Assembly (NCBI GenBank): GCA_030141605.1
Contig: JAQGDQ010000330.1
Span: forward strand, 62,001 to 126,000
Length of the DNA: 64,000 bases
Source of the DNA: Tubiluchus corallicola
Taxonomy: Eukaryota; Animalia; Priapulida
Direction of reading: 5' to 3'
Below, piece by piece: positions 1 to 11,700 of this stretch. The notes under the pieces were generated by a model. That model saw only the letters and a list, made by a program, of their open reading frames with translations, did not search any database and had not been told where the DNA came from. Every line of letters begins with the position of its first letter. Position 1 is the stretch's first letter. Made by a program: the position numbers and the translations under genes.

Positions 1-21
1 TCTAAAAGAGGTCTTCATTAC

Positions 22-58
22 CTTATCAAAACCTGCATGGGCCGTGGTCGGAGCAATT
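22..58 (-). CDS. SGPL1: SGPL1 exon 7 ([12 protein letters not shown])
   Basis: ttttcag| acceptor and |gtaatg donor; 37 nt, phase 2->0. Confidence 0.9.
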
Positions 59-3000
59 CTGAAAATACCAACAAAGTCATTTATAAACACAAATTAAAAA
101 GCACAAGAAAACCATCCATTTACACAAAGCTTAAAAATTTCGTCATGAAATTTCATACCACTTACATACTGTCTTTTTACACATTAGACTTGCACTGGCA
201 ATAATGCTGCATAAAAAATGTAAATTTAAACTCCCGCGATGACTTGTTATTTGCAGCCATTTTGACGGTAAGTCATTTGAAACAAGTTTAGATAACACTG
301 TGTAAAGTTTGAAAAAATAACCAGAGCATTCGTAGCACTCAAGTCACTAACTACGTAAAATTTAAAATTATTTTATCTTGTCAACAAGATTAAAACTCGT
401 TTTTGGTTAGTGAGTGGTGCACCCTGGAGGGTGAGTCAGCGACATTTTACCAATTGGTGAAAACATTTTAAATAATTAATAATTTTTTTTCTAGTTACAT
501 AATGCTTTTGAGCAGGTAAGCAAAATGCTAAGTAATATAGATTTGTATAACTTTATGTTTTCTGCTCTTCTGCTTGTATTTGCACGGTGAAGATTCATGC
601 ATCAGTTTTAAAAACTGTCTAATCTGAATCAAATAAACTATGTTTAAACTAAGAACAAACAGTTATTGCCTAATTTCATTACTTTCACAGTCTTACGTTC
701 TCGAAGCCATTTAGATAAACAAAACAAGTAATACCTGCAGCGTAAATTTCGTATTCTCCGAGTCTGTGTGTTTGTCTGTCAATTTTAGAAAGACTTTCTA
801 ATATAGATGGCACCACCATACACGCTGCGTATGCTAAGCATGTGATGAGCATGACATCCAGTTAAATGAAAAGCTTTTAATAAATTATGATCCAGGAATA
901 TCAATATGTAATTAGGCTACAGAGTGGAGGTAAAGAGTTAATTAGTTATTGGTCTCACTTGCGTTCCACACAGGGATGTTACTGAAACCGAAATTTATGA
1001 AAGGAAACCGACACCGAAATTTATGAAACGAAACCGAACCGAAATCATTTTTGCAAAACCAGCTACTATTAGAACAGAAAGAAAACGAAATTCTGAAAGA
1101 AGTAAAATAGTAAAATACTTTGTTTTCAATTGTTTACTTTATTTTACTCTGACACAAAGCTGACGAAATAGCTGGTCAATAAAAATATGTATTACACGAT
1201 TTGTTGAACTAGAATTTGAAACTAGAAATTCACTTTTTGGCTCAGTTCTAGAAGCAAAATCGTGGAACTAAATGCTTAAAAAATCAAGAAAATTCCATTT
1301 GTAAATACTCTGTTGACTATATTTAATAAATTATGAAGTTAAACTCGGTTTTGTTCAAATTACACTTTTATATTTCGGTTGGTTGTGCCCGATGACCTTA
1401 AGGCAGCACCAAAGATATACCGTAAAAAGCTGACCTTAACATGCAGGCTAGGCAAAATTTTCACTTTATTTGAACAATTTTAGCCCAGATTTTTCAGCAC
1501 TTTTCAACAAGACAAAAGAATACGTAAACTGTGTAAATGCTGACAACACAATGGAAAAATACCGCGGAAATTTACGGAAATGTTCGGATTACGAATGTTA
1601 ATAAATTTCAACAAACAACAAAAACTGAACTGCAAGTACAATTATTGGCAAACAATCGGTAGTGGTCTCGGTAACAACTCACGTTTCGCGGTTAGAAGCG
1701 TCACAATATTTTTTCACGGTCAAACATTTTCAATTACAATTAATTTAACAAAATGTGCAATCTTGCTGTGCAAAAGTGACCATTTACTCACATTTCAGGC
1801 CTTTTTATTCCGCTCTCCAAAGCAAGATTCCTGTAAGCCAAACAGCAGAGCAGCAAACTTTCCGTACCACCTGAAGTCACCTGAAGTAAGAAGTAACTAA
1901 GCAAAACTTGACCAGAGGTCACCTGAAGTAAGGGGTAAGTAAGCAAAAGTTGACCGGAGGTCACTTGGAGTAAAGGGTAAGTAAGCAAAACTTGAGATAA
2001 ACTACATAAGACTGATTACTGTCAACATCGAAAAAAGATGACTATATCGTAAGAAATAAAAAATCAATAAACCTTTTCACTAAAGCGAAACTGGACCCAA
2101 TCTTGAACTGTAAGTCAAAACTGTGAATGAATTATTACCACACAAACACAAGTTCACATTCGTGCCACTAGTTCCTCTGTGTTACATTCATTTCGCCATT
2201 CGCTAGTTAGTCGGGCACTAGCGCCTGAATTTGGGAAATGCATTACACAAAAACAGGTGCTGTACCTCTCGGTTCAGATGTGTTAGTTTGTGACGAACTG
2301 CACACGTTCGACAGCTCTTGCGTGAGCACAGCGGTAAACTTGAAATTTGAATCTTTATCTTAAAACTTGCAGAGTTTTAGTACAACACACCGAATCTCTT
2401 ACAGTAGCACTGTACTTCAGTTTTCATTTTCGCAAACACGTGCACCACGCTCGTAGAATATTTTTGTTGTTGAAAATGATATCAGTTTGTTACATCATCA
2501 ATAGTTGAGTTTATTAATTAAGTTTTAAATCTATTATTCAGTTACCACAAATGCTTTTGCAGTTTCAATCATGCAGTTTCAAACCCACAAAACATTTAAT
2601 TTATATGATTTAAGCAGCATTTATTTTTGCTTCTGGAATGCATCTCAATTCTTTTACATATGTCCCATGGAAGTATTTCTTTCGTTTAACGATATTTCGC
2701 TTAACGTCGAATTTTTCTTGAACTCATTAGTGTCGTTAAGCGAGGACTTACTGTACTGTAGTTTTGAAGACATGATCCGTACTTGGTTTAAACTAAAAAA
2801 ACCACCAAACTGGAAGCAGACGGCTCTAAATTTTTACCAGACATTTTGCAGCAATAGCGTTATCTTTTGTGTGACACTTGCTGCAAGGAACCACAGCGTG
2901 AAGATTGCTGGTATCGTATGCGCTTCAAGTCTGGCAGCATAAATATCTTCGTAAATTTTGGAAGATTTTAATGGAAATTCTTCAAATTCTTTAAAAAATA

Positions 3001-4109
3001 AGACCATTCAGGTAATTAACTCATTCAGAACCGTAAACTTTTGCTACATTTTGCATAGGTTTATGAAAAACTGCTCTCACTAAGCACAGATTATGTTATA
3101 TTTAATAATTTTCGTAGCTTTCTACTCCTCAATGAATTTTCATGTAAAATTATATATGGAATGCATTTGCTTACCTTAGGCAAATTAAAAATCAATTTTT
3201 GACGAAAAAAATTGAAAAAAGCTTTCAATAACTGCAATGTTTGCACTGTAACATGTACAGTATCACTTGTACATTTCAACTATCTAGACACAACACACTG
3301 ATACACTTTGGCCTCAAATTTACTGTATTTTAAGGAGACATTCTTGTTAAAAGATGAAACGGCCTTAACTTAACCTTGGCTAATCGGTTGATTTTTCCTG
3401 GAATAGCAGCAGAACACTGCATAGCTTGCACTGTAGCAAACAGGCCATCAATAAATTAGTGTGTACGATCACACAAGTGTACACCAGACTAAGCTACACA
3501 ATAGACAAAGTTGGAATGCCTGAAAATGACATGTTTTTCTTAAATTTATCCAATTAAATCACGTATAAATGTTTAAACAAATAGCATGATCAGATAGCCG
3601 AGATTCTCTTGAATAGAATAGCACCTAATTTGGAATCATTTAGTTAAGTCTGTCCTCATATAGCAGCAGAAAAGTCATTGGTCTTATAAAATCTATTTTG
3701 AATGGGGCGATCCTGAAGGAGTCAGACTGTTATGCATATTTTTTCTTACCCAGACTAGTTTTTTCACAGTCAGTGAGCAATGACTGACTGTCACATAGAA
3801 AAATAGAAAAAGAATCCGATGAACATTTCTGTCGGATGTGCATCCATTAAAATTACCGGATCTGGTACACCCCTAAGTACAAAATTATTAACTAATTTAC
3901 AATGAACAATGAAAACAATGAAATTAGACTTACAGTACCACAAGATTGTGGGCCTCCATTAAACATGTTGCACGTCATCCGCACGATTTCCGCCTCCATC
4001 TTGCGAGTGTCCGGGAACACATCCGGATGAAGCGGATTTGCATCAATAAACTGCGCGTAAACCTGCAAATATAAGTGAATTTTGAAATTTAAAACAGTTG
4101 TCGAAAGAC

Positions 4110-4192
<83 letters not shown>

Positions 4193-4229
4193 GAGAGAGA
4201 GAGAGAGAGAGAGGGAGTGTGTGTGTGTA

Positions 4230-4260
<31 letters not shown>

Positions 4261-5748
4261 AAGAGAGAACAATGCAAACCTTGGCAGCTAGCTCGAGGGT
4301 ACCGCCGACACCGCCGTAGACCGTTCCGGAGACCCGCCCTTTCATGACGTCAATTTCTTCCATCGTCTTGTACGTATCAATCTCAGACATCACTTCTTTC
4401 TGCAAAAAACGACAGACATGTTAACGTTCAGTAATAATTTTACTGTTCAATTAGCACTTTCCTCTTCACCTACAGACAGTAGCACGCCCCAAACAAAGGT
4501 ATAAGAAAATAACTTTTGCAAAGGGTTTTCTTACCTGGATATTTGAAATGCAATGCAACAAATTAACTTCATTAAAAACGCTTCTGATTTTGAGAACAAA
4601 CTATGACAAGTCTTGAGCACAGCAACCCTGGGCATGATACAATTCAGGTCCGTACTGAAAGCTGATGAAAACATTCTTCATAAATAAAGATGAAAAGAAT
4701 TTGTTTAAAAATTCTATATCACTTAGGTGCTGTTTTATTGTATACAGGGCTTGCGTTAGCAGTAAATTTTGTAGTTAAACTAGTAGATTTAAACTCCCAG
4801 GATAACGGTTAGAAGCAGAATTTTAATGGTAAATTGAAGGTTCAATTGAAACGGGTTTAGCTAACATTGTATATACACTTTGAAAAACAAATCAGAGAAT
4901 TAGTAGCAGATACTTCACTAACTAAGTAAAAGTTTCGCTTCCTTTAAATATTGTCAATGAAATCAATAAAGTATTTTTGGTGAATATTAAGAATTTTCTT
5001 TGTATTAAGAAAGTTCTTTCAAACAGGTAAGCGTAATAACTTCATATAGAAATTTTTTTCGAACATACTTCCCTTTTCTTCCCCATTAAAGGAAGACAGG
5101 ATGATTTTTCAAATACTATCTCATTTTCAAACCCAAATAAAAACTATACATTTTAACACAATTAATACTGCAAAAGCACTTCTGATAATTAAATAATAGA
5201 TTAAAAACTTAATTAACGACGGGCGAGCCCAACTATTGATGACGTCACAAATGAACATAATTTTCAACAGCAAAAATATTCCATGAGCATGTTGCATGTG
5301 TTTGCAAAAGCGAAAGTTGAAATACAGCACTACTGTAAGATATTCAGCGTGTCGTACTAAAACTAGGCAAGTTTTAAGAAAAAATTCAAATTTCAAATTT
5401 ACTGCTGTGCTCACGCATGGGCTGTCGAAGTTCGTCACAAACTAACACATCTGAGCTGAAAGGTACAACACTTGTTTTTTGTGCAATGCATTTCCGAAAT
5501 GCAGGCGCCAGTGCCTGTCAAACAAGCAAATGGTGAAATGCATGTAACTGCGAAGAATTAGTGGAGCGAATGTGAAAATGTGTTTGTGCGGTAATAATTC
5601 TTTTACGTAAGTCATTCTTGAAAATGATAATATACTTCCCTTCAGTATTTTAAAGAATAGATTGTTTTCACCTACAGTTTAAGATTAGGTCCAGTTTTGC
5701 TTTAATAAAACTATATCTCTTGTCTATGAAGACCTTGACCTATATAGG

Positions 5749-5787
<39 letters not shown>

Positions 5788-8700
5788 ACCTATTAAAGGC
5801 AAACCATCATATGAAAGAAAAACATTTAGTTTCACTTCCCTAAATGAGAAGTAGCGATGCCTGCTATGCACTTCCTCTTTTCTTGCTGTGAACCTTGTAG
5901 GAAATAGATTGATAGGTAATGCAGTAGGACAGCGTGTAAGTGATACAAGTTTCAAAACAATTTTTTTAAGCTTTATTTATGAAGAGCACTTCATCATTTC
6001 CTCACCCTTTAACTTTATACCTCTGTAAGACCTCTCGCTGGCAACTTCTGATAAAACTTTAACCCTTTGTTTGACTTCTGGATCATATCCTTCTCCAGAA
6101 TCTGCAAGGTCGAGCCTAATTCAGCATCAATTTTTCTCCTGATAAATGGAATCCTTTTCATGGTTCTAAATGTGCAGTTTTTGGCACGAACGAAAAGACC
6201 TGAAAACATTAAACAATCGTGAGAGAAGTTGAATATAAATTGAAGGAAAGTTCAAGCAATCTACAGCGCACAAAACTGTTGTTGAACTGTAGACTGGCTT
6301 GCAGTGTAGACTTACGATGCAGTGTAGGCAAAATTACGATGACAAATAAAAATTATTGCATTATGCAGAGTGGTACTTAAGTAATAGCAGTACAAAACAA
6401 CCTATTATATCAAACTACAGTGACGTGGAAGCATGGAAGCTTTATACGTCTCACAGACCCTGCAAGATTGGAACAGTGACTGCAAAAACTCAATACCCTC
6501 CAGCACATCTTGCACAACATTCGGATACGTATACGTTTCCTCTCGGTACTGTAACCAGCCAGACCAGTATGGTAGATGAAATCAGCGAGAAGCAATTTTC
6601 CTGGTGGTCACCCATCAGCTTAAAACATGGCTAGTGCTGTTTAACTACTTATAACCTAGCACCCTGTATAAACACGGCTAGTGCTGCGTAACATATAATG
6701 TACCACCTTGTATAAATGTCAATTCAAACTTTTTACTTTTGCACTGGGACAGTTTTGTTGTCTTTCGCAAACTATATTAGGTCAAGTGACCTTTACTGAA
6801 GCAATTTTCCTCATGGTCACCCACTGATTTACTAAACATGGCTAGTGCTGCTTAACATATAATTCACCACCTTGTATAAATGCCAATTCAAACTTTTTAT
6901 TTTTGCACTGGGAAAGTTTTGTTTTCTTTCACAAACTATATTAGGTCAACTGACCTTTACTGAAGCAATTTTCCTGATGGTCATCCACCAATTTACTAAA
7001 CATGGCTAGTGCTGCTTAACTTATATAACGTACCACCTCGTATAAATGTCAAGCCAAACTTTCATGTTTGCACTGTGAATGTTTTCTTTCACAAACACGA
7101 TTATTAGGTCAAGGTGAGCCTTAACTACAAACTCTTACTTTCATCCTGATGTAGGAAGTCCCATAACCACACCGCTAGCAACGTCACGGCCGTCGAGTAC
7201 GCGACAATCTGCCACGGCTCCAGTCCGCGGAAATGATCGTTTACGTGGAGCCGAGCTACGTCCAAATAGCCGTAAACCACGTCCTAGAAAAACATACACA
7301 AGTGAATGTTGAAAAATAACAGCAAATTATCTAAAAGTTTCGTGGGAGCTTTCTTTTCAAATTCTGTTTATTCCACAAGCAAACTACAATTACATGTACA
7401 AATTGTTGGTGTACAATTATTTAAATATTTATATATTTAAACGCAAAGCGCAAACAGTGCAACTCAGGATATAATAGTAATAAGTTAATAATTTATCATT
7501 TGCATAGCGCATTACATCACATGATCTTGATGCACTTTACAATAAAAAAGTTGGTTATAATTTACAATTACATACACATTCATATATACACATTACAATT
7601 ACATTCATTACAAAATTTTTTCATTCTAAAATCACAGAATTACACAAATTGTAAGTAATGCTATAGGAAATAGAAACAGGTGTGTTCCACAGAAATCTAC
7701 TCCGAAAAACCTTAAAAACAAAATAGCCATATATCATTTAAAATGAGCAGCTGTATAACAGAACCAAAGAAGAATATTGGAGCACTAAAATCAGAATCAG
7801 AAGACTAAGATGGATGGGACATTTAATGAGATTATCAGAACACCATTAAAATTAGCATCAGAAGACTAAGATGGGTAGGACATTCAATGAGATTGCTAGA
7901 AACAACACCAGTAAATTAGCATTAAACATTAGAGCACTAAAATCAGCATCAGAAGACTAAGATGGGTAGGACATTTAATGAGATTGCCAGAAACAACACC
8001 AGTAAGATTAGCATTAAACATTAGAGCACTAAAATCAGCGTCAGAAGACCAAGATGGGTAGGACATTTAATGAGATTGCCAGAAACAACACCAGTAAGAT
8101 TAGCATTAAACATTGGAGCACTAAGATTAGAATCAGAAGACTAAGATGGGTAGTACATTTAATGAGATTGCTAGAAACAACACCAGTAAGATTAGCATTA
8201 AACATTAGAGCACTAAAATCAGTATCAGAAGACTAAGATGGGTAGGACATTTAATGACATTGCTAGAAACAACACCAGTAAGATTTGCATTAAACGAGGC
8301 ACTGAAACCTGCTAAACCATCTCCAGGGAAACCAAAAACAACCTGGATATCAAGAATTAATAAAGATTTACAACAGCTTGAGGCTAAACTGAGCAAAAGC
8401 ATCACAGGAATTGAAAATTTTATAGTTGCAGCAGGAAACAGCGGAGGGCTCTAATAAAGGATAAGAGGCTCGATGTCTACAACAGATGTTTAGAGCAACA
8501 GAAGAAGAAGAAGAAGAAGAAATGACATCCTGGAACTCTATAGGATTAACTTTATATAACCACCGAGAAGAGCAGAAGTTTCCCAAAATACTGTTAATAT
8601 AAAAATAAAGCTTGTTGTGATTGACAACCTTTATTTTTATTACGGATGCAACAAACAACTCATCAATTTTCAAACTGCCATACTTACTAGAAGATCCATA

Positions 8701-11700
8701 GAACTAGCCATCCTGACCCAGTCACCTAGCAAAGTTAACACGACCTGCTACTCAAAGAGTTTGAACTTTGGTCTGTGTTAGTGCGTAAATCAGTGAATAT
8801 GTCACTTTAGTATAACAGCTACAAGGCAGATAAGCAAAACCTGAGAAGATCAAATAGTTGAGCTGGCCAGCGTAGTAAACTTGATCTCAAATGATACGGA
8901 AACTCTCACAGCACTTGCAAATTTGCATGAAATTGAAAACTTGATTAACTTCAATGCAAAATTAAGCAGTTTGAGATTGCTGTGCTAGGTGCCACCAAAG
9001 TAAAAACTCAGAGACATTTGCTAGGTATTACAGATGCAAAAACTGACAATTTGTGGAAATAGGTCTATGCAAATTTTCATTAAATCACAAGAAAACCTTT
9101 TGCTTACATCAAGCTAAAAAAGTTCATTTTGAAATTTTACATTGCCTGCCTACAGCTTATTGCATACGGACTTGTATTAACAGTATTAACAGGATTGACC
9201 TTCAAACAGCTGTTATAATCTATATGTTTTTCTTCCGGAAAAGTAAAAGCAATCGGATAAATAGGACAGGAAGTGAACAGAAGTAGAACAGGAAGGTTTT
9301 TCCACATCACGTAAGTTGTCGATTTCTCCACCCCCGGGGCAGCTGCGGTCCCTGGACAAAAGTCCAGCAGGAATAAAACCCGAGGTCGCCATAACCTGGC
9401 GGCCAATGGGCAGAGGCAACAAAACTCGGCAGCGTATCACTGACTTCCCAGAAAGTGCTCATTGCATCTGCTGACAAGGTACATCAACTCCAAGCACTAA
9501 AATGAGAAGACTAGTAGAAGTGTTGCTGCTTCTTGGGCTGCTAGTAGCTGCTTCAGCTTCTAGATACAGAGAGCATGGTGACAAATACCACAGAGAGGAC
9601 GATGATGATGATCAAATGGATGATGACGATGATGTGCACGATACTGATCATGAGAAACCGGACTGCCCTCATTTCCGATTGTTCCGTGACCTATCACACA
9701 ACTACGAGAAGCAGGCTATTCCAACTGGACCGGACGGAGAACCAGTAAAGGTCACTTTTGGAATGGTAGCCAGACACATCGACGTTGATCCGGTGAAACA
9801 CGAGCTGACTTTGCTGGCTTGGGGAAACGTGAAATGGCACGATCATCGCCTCGCTTGGGATCCTCAGATGTATCACGGTATCGACAGAGTCCTGATGTGC
9901 GAACACCATATATGGATGCCGGATCTGGGCATTTACAATGGTCTGGATGTGGATTTCTTCCCGCACCACAAGACGGATGTGATAGTACATTCCGACGGAA
10001 GCATTCAATGGATTCCGCAGCTCCAGTTCCGAGCATACGCAGTAGAACACACCTCTCTCGATGCTGCCAAAACATTCTCGATGAAAGTTGGTTCCTGGAA
10101 TTATCCTGAAGCACTTTTTGATCCAGAACTTCACGAAGATGTGGTAGGGATCGACTTATCTGATCATGCACCAAACCACTGCTGGAAGATCGTGGAGAAC
10201 ACCGCCGCGCGGGTTTTCGACGACTTCATCTGCTGTCCCGGAGGATATCCTTCTTTGCGCTTCAATCTGACGGTGCAGCACACATGTTAAAGTAGAGAAA
10301 TTGTAAAAGTCGGGTGAGTATTTGTTTTCTATTTGGTTTGACAATAAGCTTTCTCACAGTTTCTTTGTACGCATGCGCAGTTGCACTAGGTCAAAGGTTA
10401 AGTGTACCACAGCAATGCATCTTAGCTACAACCGTCACGTACCATGTGGGTAAAGCAAAACATCAGTTCAGTACCTTCAGTTGTTTTACATGGACTTTAT
10501 TAATTATGCATTAGTCTGTGTGTATTTAACTAGCAGTGAGTGACTTACTAGCAGGATCTTGCTTGAGAACGAGAAAAACATGAACTAGGTAAGGTTCTAG
10601 TTAGTTGCTAAAACTGGTACTAGTACAATAGCATGGACAGCGAGGCATTGTCAAGTGTACACAAATACCTGGTACACTTAATCTTTGACCTTTTAACTAT
10701 CATCATCAGTCACTGGAACTGTGGAAAGGCTTATTAACCTACAATCAAATTGCTCTTTTGTTTACTAGAGATATTTTATTATGTTTTGTTTCTTTAAGAG
10801 AAGTTTTATGTTGCATTTCGTTCTTTAAAATTAATTTTAAAATTAAGAAAACATTCTTGTACACAGCTTCCTTAAGAGGTGTAACCGTTGACTTGTAATT
10901 AGTAACACTGCCACACGGGCAACTGAAATCATCATCGTGATTGCTGGTGTCGCCTTCGCTGTACACGGTTATTACTGTCATTCAAGTGTGTAAATAGTCA
11001 ATAAAATACCAACATTGTTTCCAGTCCCTGTTCTAATAAATTTTTCAAAGCAAAAGCTGGCATGAGTATTTATAAACACAAGAACCCCCCCCCCCCCGCT
11101 TACATAAAGCTTAAAAAATTTCTCCTGAAACTTTATACCACTTACATACTGCCTTTTTGCATGCAGGGCTTGTGTCGGCAGCAACGCTGTATAAAACTTG
11201 TAAATTTAAACTCCCGCGATGACCGTTAGGAGCAACCATTTTAATTGTAGGAGCCAACGAGCCAGCTAGTCAGTCCGTGAGCTATATATTTTTCGTGTAC
11301 GCTTATATGTAATTTTGTATATATGTACACGTTCGATTTGCTATGAACTTACAAAATAAACTAATAAATAATGTATAAACTTATAAATAAACTTATAAAA
11401 TACGAACTTAGGAAATAAAGTAATAAATCAAACTAATCCAAAGTCAGTCAATCAGGCAGCTAAGTCGTACAGTGAGGCAGCAAGCAGCCAGTCAGCTGGC
11501 TACTTTGTTAGTCACCCAAACAAACAGTAAGCTAGCCCAATCATATATTTAAAAGAAAGTAAAAAAGAACGAAAAACCTAAATATAACTTTTACAATAAC
11601 AAGTATCTACAGAAAGTGTTCCAGGATTTAGGAAGACTTACCTGGTTTCTTCTCCATTACTGAATGCATTGTATTTTTACAGGGAAGCCAGACTGAAGAA

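Noticed and set aside
9694-10174. Overlapping antisense and alternative-frame ORFs within the AChBP-like gene
   Set aside because: They are shadow ORFs of a GC-richer coding region with no recognisable motifs.
9502-10290. Exon of a full-length nicotinic receptor subunit
   Set aside because: There is an in-frame stop at the TM1 boundary and I found no TM1-4-like exons downstream on the plus strand.
11642-11669. ATG...CCAG|GTAAGT as the SGPL1 first exon
   Set aside because: It is phase 1, incompatible with phase-0 exon 2; the 14323-14309 exon fits.
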